Shown: piece after piece, positions 7,747 through 17,094 of the stretch
How the letters are laid out: every line of letters starts with the position of its first letter
How positions within the stretch are numbered: the stretch's first letter is position 1
Source of the DNA: a virus
DNA length: 64,000 nt
Reading direction: 5' to 3' (one strand)
Virus record (IMG/VR): IMGVR_UViG_3300027805_000011
Coordinates: 3,017-67,016 of that record
The notes under the pieces: model-generated
Database searches by the model: none
What the model was told of the DNA's origin: nothing
What the model saw: only the letters and a program-made list of their open reading frames with translations
Made by a program: the position numbers and the translations under genes

Positions 7747-10064
7747 CAAATTCCGAACTTGCTCCTCTCGAAATCCTCGGCCTCGACGAAAACGGCAAAG
7801 CGCCGAAGATGCGCGTCGACAACGTCAATTCGGCCCGTTCGATCTACAAAGCGATCAAAGACAGCGACCAAGGCTCCTCCAAGAACCGCGCCTTGGTCGA
7901 CGCCATGTTCAATGGCGCGGCTCCCTTCAATCAGCAGGATTTGATCGAAATGGGGCAGGGGGAACGAACCAACCTCGACTTCGGCGAAGCCGCTTCACTG
8001 AAAGAGCAAGCCCTCGCCGGATACTACGACCTGACCTCCTCGGTCGATGTCATGGCGCGGATCACCATCGACTACGGCTCGCCCGAGCAGCGCGTCGAGT
8101 GGGAGCGGGTCTTGGCCGAAGAATTTCACCGGACGCTCAAGGAGTGGCAGGAGTTTGAATTTAACCATCAAATGCTGGCCGATCAGTTCGTCTCGCACGG
8201 CGTCGGGGTCTGTTATTTCGAAGACGAAGTTGATTGGCGCTGGCGGGTCGCAGGCTTGTCCGAGTTCCGCATTCCGCGTGGAACACGGGCCTCCGAGTGG
8301 GAGATCGAGGTCGCCACGGTCGACCGCGAATACCAAGCGCATCAACTCTATAAATTCATTGAAGACCCGGCGGTGGCGAAGGATCTCGGGTGGAACGTCA
8401 AGATGGTCAAAGAGGCACTCATCCGTGCCTGCCGCGAGTCGACGTATCAAGAGGCCGGTGAGTGGGAGAAGCTCGAAGTCGAACTCAAAAACAACGACCT
8501 CCTCTACGGCAACAGCCGCGGGAAGAAGGTCCATGTCGTCCACATGTGGGTGCGCGAGTTCGACAAGAAAGTCAGCCACTTGATCTTCCTCAAAGACCCG
8601 ATCGGCTCGGACGAGAACGCCAAGGAAGAGGATTTCCTTTTCAAGAAGCCGAACCGCTTTGACGCCCCGACGAACTGCTTCGTTACCTTCTGCTACGGCG
8701 TCGGCAACGGGACCTACCACGGCATCCGCGGGCTTGGATACAAGGTGTATCCACACATCCAACTCCTCAATCGCCTCCGCTGTGGCATGGTCGACGGGGC
8801 TCTGCTTTCGAGCGCGTTGATCGTCCAGCCCGGCGACAACGGCTCCCGTGCGCTCGAAGATCTGACGTTGTCTTACTACGGCCCTTACGCGCTGTTCCCC
8901 CCAGGACTCAAAATCGTCGACAAGGCGATCCCGAATTATAATCAGAACCTCATTCCGGTCTTGAACGACCTGACGATGAATATGCAGAACCGCACCGTTG
9001 GCTATCAGTCGCGTGCGGTGACGCCGGATGGTCAGTCGCGGACGGCTTATGAGGTTCGCGCCCAGTTGCAGCAGGAAGCGGTGCTCGGTGCGGCGGCGAT
9101 CAATCTGTTTTACCACCCTTGGAAACGTCTCCTTCGTGAGGCATACAGGCGTTTAGTGTCGCGTGATTATGCCGCTAATGAGCCCGGCGGTCGCGAGGCG
9201 TTGGAGTTCAAGAAACGGTGCATGGCCCGTGGGGTTCCGGAGGAGGCGATCCATCGCTTCAATACGGTCGAGCCCGTCCGGGCGATCGGCTACGGCAGTC
9301 CCGGAATGCGGAGTGCGGCGATCGACGAGACGATGCAGATCTTCGGCAGCTTGGACGAGGCCGGTCGGATCAATCTTCTCCGCGACCGCATTGCCGCCCG
9401 TTTCGGTCAGGAAGTGGTCGACCGCTATCTGCCGTCGCCGTCCACGACACTTCGCACACCGATCGACGACAAGATCGCGCTCCTCGAAAACGCCACGATG
9501 ACCAGCGGCACCGGATTGCCGGTCTCCTCTGGCGAGAACCATTTCATTCACGCTTCACGTCACCTCACCGCGCTCGACGGACTCGACCAAGCGGTGTCTC
9601 AGGGTCAGGCCGAGCCGCAAAATGCGCTCCGCGCCTACCAGACCATGTTGCCGCACCTCGGAGAACACTTGCAGTTACTTGCTCCGGATGTGGCCCGTCA
9701 GGACCAGATCGCGCTCATGCGCCAGCGGTTCCAGCAACTCAATGCCTCGGGACAGCGTTTGGCCGACGAGCTTCAAGCCGCCGCCGAGCAGCAAGCCAAA
9801 GCCCAAGAGGCCGAGCAAGCCCGTGCGATCGAAGCCGAACGCGCCCGCATCGCCCAGATGGAGCAGCAGTTGGCCGAGGCTCAGATGCTTTCCCCGAAGG
9901 CGCAAGCCGACCTCGCCGAACGTCGGGCCAAACTTCAGATGCAGATCGAGAAACACCAGATCGACATGCAGACCAAGCAGGCCAAGGTCATGCAGGAGCT
10001 TGCGCTCAAAGACGCCAAAACCGCTGCCGAGATTGCCCCGGCTGCACAACCGATGATTCCGTGA
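7743..10064 (+). CDS. Portal protein
   Basis: 773 aa between terminase and head genes, with a Gln/Ala-rich C-terminal coiled coil as in P22-like portals. The call rests on size, position and architecture. Confidence 0.8.
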   Translation: MTNSELAPLEILGLDENGKAPKMRVDNVNSARSIYKAIKDSDQGSSKNRALVDAMFNGAAPFNQQDLIEMGQGERTNLDFGEAASLKEQALAGYYDLTSSVDVMARITIDYGSPEQRVEWERVLAEEFHRTLKEWQEFEFNHQMLADQFVSHGVGVCYFEDEVDWRWRVAGLSEFRIPRGTRASEWEIEVATVDREYQAHQLYKFIEDPAVAKDLGWNVKMVKEALIRACRESTYQEAGEWEKLEVELKNNDLLYGNSRGKKVHVVHMWVREFDKKVSHLIFLKDPIGSDENAKEEDFLFKKPNRFDAPTNCFVTFCYGVGNGTYHGIRGLGYKVYPHIQLLNRLRCGMVDGALLSSALIVQPGDNGSRALEDLTLSYYGPYALFPPGLKIVDKAIPNYNQNLIPVLNDLTMNMQNRTVGYQSRAVTPDGQSRTAYEVRAQLQQEAVLGAAAINLFYHPWKRLLREAYRRLVSRDYAANEPGGREALEFKKRCMARGVPEEAIHRFNTVEPVRAIGYGSPGMRSAAIDETMQIFGSLDEAGRINLLRDRIAARFGQEVVDRYLPSPSTTLRTPIDDKIALLENATMTSGTGLPVSSGENHFIHASRHLTALDGLDQAVSQGQAEPQNALRAYQTMLPHLGEHLQLLAPDVARQDQIALMRQRFQQLNASGQRLADELQAAAEQQAKAQEAEQARAIEAERARIAQMEQQLAEAQMLSPKAQADLAERRAKLQMQIEKHQIDMQTKQAKVMQELALKDAKTAAEIAPAAQPMIP

Positions 10065-10273
10065 GGGACTACAAAAAAGAATACGAAAGCTACCATGCCT
10101 CTCCGGTCCAGAAGAAGCGCCGCGCTCAACGCAACGCCGCCCGTCGGAAGATGAGCAAACTCGGCCACGTCTCCAAAGGCGACGGCAAGGACGTGCATCA
10201 CCGCAGCGGGATGAGCAACCACATGTCGAACCTCGCCGTGTTGCCGAGGTCCGTGAACCGGAGTATAAAATAA
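10061..10273 (+). CDS. Small HNH endonuclease-like protein
   Basis: GTG 10061 overlaps the portal stop. Sequence RDYKKEY...GDGKDVHH...NL...SVNR. Confidence 0.75.
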   Translation: MRDYKKEYESYHASPVQKKRRAQRNAARRKMSKLGHVSKGDGKDVHHRSGMSNHMSNLAVLPRSVNRSIK

Positions 10274-10274
10274 C

Positions 10275-10508
10275 ATGCCAGCTTATTATCCAGAGGGTGA
10301 TACCCCGCTTCGTGAGGATTACACCGAGCGCAGCCTCCAGAAGATCAATTCTGTCCTCTATGCGGCCAGCCCGACCTGGGACGACATTGTGCTGACCTAT
10401 GCCGGCAGCAACCTGACCAAAGTAGAATATAAGTTGAATGGCCAGATTGTTGAGACCCGGAACTTCTCTTACACCGGCACCAATTTGACCCGCGTCCTGA
10501 AAAGCTAA
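10275..10508 (+). CDS. Small virion protein of the MPxY(Y/F)PE family
   Basis: MPAYYPEGDTPL is identical to the N-terminus of 2991-3176. Confidence 0.7.
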   Translation: MPAYYPEGDTPLREDYTERSLQKINSVLYAASPTWDDIVLTYAGSNLTKVEYKLNGQIVETRNFSYTGTNLTRVLKS

Positions 10509-13117
10509 TGTCTTGGAGCTTTAATCCCTTTACCGGCAACCTGGATCTCGTCGGTTCCGGCGGCGGCACGAGCTACATAGACGGCGACGTCGAATACCAC
10601 AGCAATCTTCCGGTGACCGCTGGAACGCCCGCGGTGAATAGCGCGTTCCTTGTGAGAAAAGGCGAGGGGCTGTATTTCATCTCGCGCAAGCCTGCTGGAA
10701 TCTGGGTGCGTGAGTTGAACAACGGAAATTTGGACGATTGGAAATTTGCGGGCCTTTTTAGTGATTTGTATCGGGATGCGAATTTTAGGATCATCTCGGA
10801 TTCTGACGTCAGCAAAGAATTGGCTTTCGATGTTTCGGGCGTAACCACCGGCACCACCCGCACGATCACCGTCCCGAACAAAAACGTCACGCTGGACGAC
10901 GCTGGCGACTCCCGCACCCCGACAAGCCATGCGGCCAGCCATGCGGCGGCTGGAAGTGATCCTGTCTTCAACCAAAATCTTAACACGGCGGACAGCGTTG
11001 AGTTTGGCGAGCTTTTAGTTACTGGCGCCGTAAATTTTGCCAACGCAGTTCTAAACGATTTTAGCTTCAATACAAGCGTCCTACTTAAAGACAATAATGA
11101 CCACATTGGAACGCTTAGTGTTGATGCAGACAGCTTGTCAGCCAACCGTTTATACACGCTCCCCGACGCCTCTGGCACGCTCGCGCTGACCACAACGGCA
11201 CCAGCCTCCCACGCCCACGGCAACCTCACGAATGCGGGGGCCATCGGCTCAACGGCTGGCTTACCAGTTGTAACAACCACTTCGGGCGCAATTACAACGC
11301 TTGCCCTTGGAGCGGCCAACACGGTTCTCAAGGTCAATAGCGGTGGGACGGCAGTGGAGTTTGGTGCGGCTGGCGGCGTCACCAGCGGAAACATTGATAA
11401 CGCTGTCCTGCGGGCGGACGGAACTGGTGGAAGCGCAAGTCAAAGCTCCGACCTAATCGTAGACGATCCAGTAGTCGCCTTCGCCTGCACGGGAGACGCA
11501 TCAACCGACATCATCACGACGGTTGGTCATAATTTCACCGAGAACCAGCGTGTTCGTTTCCAAAGTCTTACGGGCGGTAGCGGCTTGTTTTTTGGTGGGC
11601 CAGCATCAAGCACGACCTATTTCGTCCGCAACATCTCGGGCAACACATTCCAAGTCTCCACAACCAGCGGCGGCGCGGCGGTCAACTTCACCACCAACAT
11701 AACGGCGGGTGCCGTCCTCGCGATTCAGCGCAATCTCACGCTTCGCACAAGGAAGCAAGCGTTTTCCATGACGGCGGATGCCGCTACGAATGTGATCACC
11801 GCCACGGGCCATACATTCGTCAATGGAGACGCGGTCAGTTTCTACAATCTGACTGGTGGCAATGGCCTTGACGAAGTATCGCGCTGGTATGTCATCGAGG
11901 CCGACACCAACACATTCAAGGTTTCCAACTCGTTAAACGGCACCGCCCGCGACATCACGGCAGACTACACGGGCGGCACCGTTGAATTGGAAATCCCGCT
12001 TGTCCTCGGCCTACCGCGTTCTTCCGCGCTTATACTCGGAGACAAGCCAGACGGAACCCTTATCGGAGGAAATTTGCGCGGCTATGGCGCGGTGGATTTT
12101 CAGACGAACCGCAACGGCCAGAACGCCATTGCTTCTGGCCCATTTTCGTTCATCGGCAACGGCCAAAACAATACGGCAAGCGGAACTCGCGCAACAGTCC
12201 TTGGCGGCACAGGCAACACGGCCAACAATACGGATGCTGTTGTTTGCGGTGGAGAGGCGAATGGTGCAAGCGGTGTGCGTTCTATTGTGTGCGGCGGTTC
12301 AAGCAACAACGCAACTGCACAATGGGCCTGCATCGGCGGCGGAACTGAAAATACAAATAGTGGCGTTGCTGCATTTGTTAGCGGTGCAAGCAATACTGCC
12401 ACAGGAGCGCAGTCTGGCATTCTATGTGGAAGAAACGCGGGAGCGGATCGCGAAAATATATTTGCCCATGCAACTGGTCGCTTTGGCGCGCAGGGTGACG
12501 CGCAGACAGTCCGCGTCTCTTTAAGAAACCGCGCAAGCACCGCAACTGCTGTTGAGTTGTTCATGGGATTCAACGCCGATGCCCGATTTCCCATTCCATC
12601 GGGAAAAACCATGTCGGCACTCATTAACATTATTGCCGCGACCAGCGGGGGCGAATTTGCCAATCGTTATGTCCGCGCCGTAACCATTGCCAATCGCGGC
12701 GGCACAACGGCACTGCGCGGAGGCGTTAAGGACATAGACACCGACGAGCAGATCGGTGGTGCTGATGTCACGATCTCGGCCAACGACACGAACGATGCCA
12801 TCCGCATTGAGTTCAGCGGGGTCGCCCCTGTCACGGGATGCACTGGAACGGCGTCCACAGATCGCATCAACAAGGTTGCTCACGGCTACTCCAACAATGA
12901 TGACATTGTCTTCACCTCGCTAACAGGTGGCGCGGGCCTCACGGCGAATACCGTGACTTATTGGGTCATCAACGCAAACGCCGACGATTTCCAAGTTAGC
13001 GCAACTCGCGGCGGCGCCGCCGTGAACATCACGACCGACTACACGGACATGACCGCCGCCCGACTTTTCCGCGTAGTCGCAGGAATCGACGCCGTTGAAG
13101 TAGGCCACGGAACATAA
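10508..13117 (+). CDS. Tail fibre / receptor-binding protein
   Basis: 869 aa, Gly/Thr/Ala-rich. Three H-x-F...LTGG..L...Y.V....F.VS beta-modules and adhesin-like GG..NTA(S/N)G repeats. Confidence 0.8.
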   Translation: MSWSFNPFTGNLDLVGSGGGTSYIDGDVEYHSNLPVTAGTPAVNSAFLVRKGEGLYFISRKPAGIWVRELNNGNLDDWKFAGLFSDLYRDANFRIISDSDVSKELAFDVSGVTTGTTRTITVPNKNVTLDDAGDSRTPTSHAASHAAAGSDPVFNQNLNTADSVEFGELLVTGAVNFANAVLNDFSFNTSVLLKDNNDHIGTLSVDADSLSANRLYTLPDASGTLALTTTAPASHAHGNLTNAGAIGSTAGLPVVTTTSGAITTLALGAANTVLKVNSGGTAVEFGAAGGVTSGNIDNAVLRADGTGGSASQSSDLIVDDPVVAFACTGDASTDIITTVGHNFTENQRVRFQSLTGGSGLFFGGPASSTTYFVRNISGNTFQVSTTSGGAAVNFTTNITAGAVLAIQRNLTLRTRKQAFSMTADAATNVITATGHTFVNGDAVSFYNLTGGNGLDEVSRWYVIEADTNTFKVSNSLNGTARDITADYTGGTVELEIPLVLGLPRSSALILGDKPDGTLIGGNLRGYGAVDFQTNRNGQNAIASGPFSFIGNGQNNTASGTRATVLGGTGNTANNTDAVVCGGEANGASGVRSIVCGGSSNNATAQWACIGGGTENTNSGVAAFVSGASNTATGAQSGILCGRNAGADRENIFAHATGRFGAQGDAQTVRVSLRNRASTATAVELFMGFNADARFPIPSGKTMSALINIIAATSGGEFANRYVRAVTIANRGGTTALRGGVKDIDTDEQIGGADVTISANDTNDAIRIEFSGVAPVTGCTGTASTDRINKVAHGYSNNDDIVFTSLTGGAGLTANTVTYWVINANADDFQVSATRGGAAVNITTDYTDMTAARLFRVVAGIDAVEVGHGT

Positions 13118-13611
13118 TGAAAACTTACGGACTCATCTGGCCCAACGGCGAAAAGGAATTGCGGAGCATCGTCTTGGATGACGAGGGCAACCCTCGCATC
13201 GACACACTGCAACCGAATCCGTTGCCCGAAGACTGGCAACAGCCGCAAATCCTCCCGCTGGTGAAGCTGCCGCAGCCAGATCAAGGCGCATGGGAGCCGA
13301 ACGTGGTCTGGTATGATGATCGCGTAGAGCGGCAGTGGGTTGCGGGAACGCCTGCGCCTGCGCCGACATTTACGCCCGAAGCGTGGACGGCACAGCACTT
13401 CTCGGCAATGCAGGTCAGCGCCCTTCAGCGATTTGAAATGGCGCTTATGCAAGCAGGCAAGCCGCTTGGGCCGCTGATGACCAGCCTGAAGGCGTGGATG
13501 GAAGCGATGCTTGTTGCCAGCGTTGACCCGACACCGCGCACGTTCGATGCGCCGCCGTGTTCCTATGAGCAGGCAAGCGCGGAGGCGGTCTTCCAGTTGC
13601 AGGGATCTTAA
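13117..13611 (+). CDS. Hypothetical protein, possible fibre assembly factor
   Basis: 164 aa, translationally coupled to the fibre gene. Confidence 0.55.
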   Translation: MKTYGLIWPNGEKELRSIVLDDEGNPRIDTLQPNPLPEDWQQPQILPLVKLPQPDQGAWEPNVVWYDDRVERQWVAGTPAPAPTFTPEAWTAQHFSAMQVSALQRFEMALMQAGKPLGPLMTSLKAWMEAMLVASVDPTPRTFDAPPCSYEQASAEAVFQLQGS

Positions 13612-13710
13612 CCCCGCAGCATATTAAGAATGAATGTTTCCGACCCGCTCAACTATGGAATCAACCCCACCGACATGTCGTCGGGTCGGAAGAGTGCTGG
13701 CTTGGCAAAA

Positions 13711-13929
13711 ATGAGCTACGACGGCGAAAGATTGGCCAGACTGGAGACCAAGGTCGACCTGATCTTGGAACACCAGGAGTCGTTCCGTCGTAGCTTTGAA
13801 AAGCATGATGAGCGGCTCAAAGGGTTGGAGAACACCAAGGCCGGCATCTATGGCATCGCCGGAGCAATCGGCGGTCTCTCCGCATTCCTCGTCGACGGCC
13901 TACGCGCCGCGATCCTTTCCCCTAAATAA
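13711..13929 (+). CDS. Holin-like protein (coiled coil plus one C-terminal TM helix)
   Basis: RLARLETKVD...GIYGIAGAIGGLSAFLV. Alternative start at 13630. Confidence 0.5.
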   Translation: MSYDGERLARLETKVDLILEHQESFRRSFEKHDERLKGLENTKAGIYGIAGAIGGLSAFLVDGLRAAILSPK

Positions 13930-13938
13930 TAACCGCAC

Positions 13939-14217
13939 ATGAAAACATTCCTCGCCAAAGTCCTCGGGATCTCCGCCTCCGTCTGGAACTTCTACGCGCC
14001 GCTTTTGCGGGCGCTCTTTGTCACCGGAGCCAGTGCCTTGCTCCCGATCGCCTTGGAGGTGGTCCGCAATCTCGCCCAGACCGACAAGTCCGGTGCGGAG
14101 AAGCGGGAGGAGGCGGTCAGCATCTTGAAGCAGGCGGCAACACGCCAAGGACTTTCGGTCACCGAGAGCATCATCCGGTTCACGGTGGAATCCGCGGTTC
14201 AACGGATGCGAATCTAA
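13939..14217 (+). CDS. Holin-like protein (LL-H-like pattern)
   Basis: Hydrophobic N-half followed by EKREEAV..L...G.SVTESII..TVESAV. Confidence 0.55.
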   Translation: MKTFLAKVLGISASVWNFYAPLLRALFVTGASALLPIALEVVRNLAQTDKSGAEKREEAVSILKQAATRQGLSVTESIIRFTVESAVQRMRI

Positions 14218-14218
14218 T

Positions 14219-14539
14219 ATGGAAAAGATTAAACTCACTATCCTCCGCTTCCTAGTCTCCAAGTCCGGAAGCCTTCTCACCCCGATCATCGCGGGCTTTG
14301 TCGCCACGCTGGTGGCCAAAGTTGCGGCCTTTGATGCCCAGCTTGCCGGCCAGATCGACCAGTCTGCGCTCGTGGGTTTTATCGTGGCCGCGATCTTGGC
14401 CGCTGTGAATTACGCCACGAACGCGGCTCAGACGCCGGGCATCAAGAAGATCCAGGCGCTCGTCAATACGGATCAGGACGGCATCCCCGGACCGATAACC
14501 TACACCGAAGTCCGTCGCGCCATTGCGGTGGAAAAATGA
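14219..14539 (+). CDS. Membrane protein with C-terminal peptidoglycan-binding motif
   Basis: Two hydrophobic helices followed by DQDGIPGPITY (DG-x-x-GP-x-T). Confidence 0.55.
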   Translation: MEKIKLTILRFLVSKSGSLLTPIIAGFVATLVAKVAAFDAQLAGQIDQSALVGFIVAAILAAVNYATNAAQTPGIKKIQALVNTDQDGIPGPITYTEVRRAIAVEK

Positions 14540-14697
14540 CCGAGCACCAGATCCATGAAGCCCTGTTCCAACAAAGGAAAAAAGAAAAGCCGGAAGACCA
14601 AAGGCCGTGGTGGGTGCGGTTGCTGAGTTCCATCCGTCCGGAGATTAAACCCGGCAAAAAGACTTACATCGGGGTGAAGGGGAAAGTGGAATTTTAA
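14536..14697 (+). CDS. Small basic hypothetical protein in the lysis cluster
   Basis: 53 aa (MTEHQIHEAL...KGKVEF), coupled to both neighbours. Below the ORF-track cutoff. Confidence 0.55.
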   Translation: MTEHQIHEALFQQRKKEKPEDQRPWWVRLLSSIRPEIKPGKKTYIGVKGKVEF

Positions 14698-14698
14698 G

Positions 14699-15217
14699 AT
14701 GATCGAAAAACTGGCAGATGTTGCGATGTCGCAAGTTGGCGTCCGTGAAGTCGGCGGCAACAACCGCGGAGCCAAGATCCGCACCTACCAAGCAGCTTCG
14801 AACCTGAAGCCCGGCCCGTGGCCTTGGTGCGCGGCCTTCGTCGACTGGTGCGTGCAGCAGTGGCTCGTGTATCCTGAAGCGCGGCAGTGGCTCGGGTTGA
14901 AGCACAGCACTCCGGCGGGGTGGAGGCCGAAGACGGCGCTCGCCTTCGGGTTGATTGAGTGGGGCCAGAAGCGTCCGAACACCGTCACAATCCTCCCGGA
15001 GAAGACGACCCCGAAGGCGGGTGACATCATCGTCTTTGATTTCAGCCATACGGGCATCGTGGTCGGTGCGACCTCGAAGATCGTCGAGTGCGTCGAGGGC
15101 AATACCAATGGCCGCGGCACCCGCGATTCCGAGATGGGCGACGGGGTCTGGCTCAAGAAGCGCAATCTTTCGCTGGCTCGCTGCTATCTGCGGATTCATC
15201 CGAGCAAGGCGTCATAA
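14699..15217 (+). CDS. CHAP-family endolysin
   Basis: PWCAAFV (catalytic Cys), FSHTGIVV (catalytic His) and VEGNT. Confidence 0.85.
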   Translation: MIEKLADVAMSQVGVREVGGNNRGAKIRTYQAASNLKPGPWPWCAAFVDWCVQQWLVYPEARQWLGLKHSTPAGWRPKTALAFGLIEWGQKRPNTVTILPEKTTPKAGDIIVFDFSHTGIVVGATSKIVECVEGNTNGRGTRDSEMGDGVWLKKRNLSLARCYLRIHPSKAS

Positions 15218-15223
15218 CTCCAC

Positions 15224-15511
15224 ATGAAACAAACCGCCAATAGTTACCGCCGCAACGAACTCCTGCAAACGTCGCTGGCTGAAACCCTGAAGCAGAACCA
15301 CGTCCAACTCGCGCTCGAAGTGTTGCGCGAACTGGGGGAGCCGGCCGAGTTGCCCGTGCCGGGCGAGGTCGACTTTCTAATTTTCAACGCGATGCAGAAC
15401 GCCCGACGCGAGGGCTTCTTCCACGCGCTGCGTTCCCTCGAAGCCTTGGCCACGCCGATCAAGGTGGCCCCATCGACCAAAGACCTCATGCCGAATCTGG
15501 TCGACGAATAA
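15224..15511 (+). CDS. Hypothetical protein upstream of the scaffold
   Basis: 95 aa, preceded by the CATAACTCCAC motif. Confidence 0.65.
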   Translation: MKQTANSYRRNELLQTSLAETLKQNHVQLALEVLRELGEPAELPVPGEVDFLIFNAMQNARREGFFHALRSLEALATPIKVAPSTKDLMPNLVDE

Positions 15512-15514
15512 TTT

Positions 15515-16798
15515 ATGGCAGAAAACCAAACGCCGGTTCAAACCGAGTCCGCCACGGCGTCGGATCAAAACAACAAAACCGTCAGTCCGGAACTCTCCGA
15601 AACTGGCGGCACCATGACCTTCGACGCGGCGCGTTCGCTCTCGGAGGCATTTAACAGCTTGGGCAAAGAGCCCGAGGCACCGAAGGCGGAGGCCAAAGCC
15701 CCCGCAGAACCCGTCAAGACCGCCGCCCCTGAAGCGGCGAAAGAACCCGTCGCCGAAGCGAAGACCGAAGAGGCCGAGCCTCTGAAAGCCGCCACGGCCG
15801 ACGACCTCGCCGAACTCCTCGGCGGACCGAAGAAGGCCGAGCCGAAACCGGACGCCGACGACGAGCCGCCGGTCGATGTCGCGATGACCGATGCCGCCAA
15901 ACGCAAGTGGGGCGAGCAGCGCAAGGCTCTCAAAGAGGAGCGCCGTCGCCGCGAGGAACTCGAAGCGAAGGTGGCCGAACTGGAGAAGCGTCCGGCGACC
16001 GATGTCGCTCCGGATGAGGTCAAGCAACTGCGGGAGACGGTCGATGCCTACGAGCGCGAGCTTCAAATTGCCCGTGTCGAGGCGACCAAGGAATTCAAGG
16101 ATGCGGTGGCCGTTCCTCGGGAGCGGATCAACGCGCAGCTTGAAGCCTTCGCCAAGAAGTATGAATTCCGCGAGGCCGATGCCCGTGTCGCCTTTGCCGA
16201 AGCCGATCCGGAGAAGCAGACCGAGTTGCTCGTCGACATGGCCAGTGGCATGAACGACCGCGATCGGTTCCGTTTTTACGAGATGGCCGAGCAGTGGCAG
16301 AAAGTCGAGGGCATCGCCAACAAGGTCCGCAACAATGCGAAGCTGGCCCTGGAGAAGATCCAGCAGCACCACGAGGAACAGCAGAAGGCGTTCGTCGAAC
16401 AGCGGTCCAAGAGCTACCGCAATACCCTAGAGAAGGTCTGGGGCGATGTCACCGAGAAGGCTCCGCTCTTCAAGCGGCGCGACGGGGACGATAACTGGAA
16501 CAGCCAGATCGCCGAAGTCGAGCGGTTCGCCACGGGGCTGGACTGGAATCTGGTCGCCGAGAACGACCAAGCGCGGGCCGAATTAGCCTTGCGTGCAGCC
16601 TCGGCTCCGTTCCTCTTCGGTCTGGTGCAAAATCTCTACGCCAAGACGGCCGAGCTCCAGAAGACGCTCGGGAAATACCAGAGCGCCAAACCCGGTGCGG
16701 GTGGGGGATCTCCGGATCCGGCCATCGGCTCGGGGCAAGCCGAGAAGGTGGAGCATGAAGACTTCTTCAGCGCCATCAAATCGGGCTTGGCGGGATAA
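15515..16798 (+). CDS. Capsid scaffolding protein
   Basis: 427 aa, acidic Ala/Glu/Lys/Pro-rich with coiled coils, directly upstream of the capsid gene. Confidence 0.7.
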   Translation: MAENQTPVQTESATASDQNNKTVSPELSETGGTMTFDAARSLSEAFNSLGKEPEAPKAEAKAPAEPVKTAAPEAAKEPVAEAKTEEAEPLKAATADDLAELLGGPKKAEPKPDADDEPPVDVAMTDAAKRKWGEQRKALKEERRRREELEAKVAELEKRPATDVAPDEVKQLRETVDAYERELQIARVEATKEFKDAVAVPRERINAQLEAFAKKYEFREADARVAFAEADPEKQTELLVDMASGMNDRDRFRFYEMAEQWQKVEGIANKVRNNAKLALEKIQQHHEEQQKAFVEQRSKSYRNTLEKVWGDVTEKAPLFKRRDGDDNWNSQIAEVERFATGLDWNLVAENDQARAELALRAASAPFLFGLVQNLYAKTAELQKTLGKYQSAKPGAGGGSPDPAIGSGQAEKVEHEDFFSAIKSGLAG

Positions 16799-16829
16799 TT
16801 CCCTCTAGTTCGTTTCGACGGCTAGACGC

Positions 16830-16857
16830 GAGGCGGTTTCCTTCGGGGAGCCGCCTC
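16830..16857 (+). terminator. GC-rich hairpin with UUCG loop after the scaffold gene
   Basis: GAGGCGGTTTCC-TTCG-GGGAGCCGCCTC. No strong U-tract follows. Confidence 0.55.
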
Positions 16858-16880
16858 TGCATTTATACTAAGTGCGTAAT

Positions 16881-16908
16881 TTGACAACCCCTTACACTGC
16901 CGTATCTT
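16881..16908 (+). promoter_or_regulatory. Sigma70-like promoter for the capsid gene
   Basis: TTGACA-16 nt-TATCTT. Confidence 0.6.
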
Positions 16909-17094
16909 AGTCTCACGTTTACGGGTGGCGGTAAGTATCCGGTAGAAATCAAAAGTTAGGTTCCGCGTGCAAAGCCCTGTTCCGCGGCGGGGGAAAACAG
17001 AAGCTCAGTTATTCCCTGCGCTCGGACCCGCCTATGCGGTCTCCGACACAAGCACAGATAATAACTGTGTAACCAAAAGGAGATTACAAGCACT

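Noticed and set aside
7995-9116. Long antisense ORFs (also 15377-16372, 17032-18279, 25851-27248, 33224-34498, 35582-37096, 47988-49286, 49363-50415, 53848-55329, 60376-61401)
   Set aside because: They mirror well-supported genes on the other strand, as expected from high-GC codon bias, and contain no motifs.
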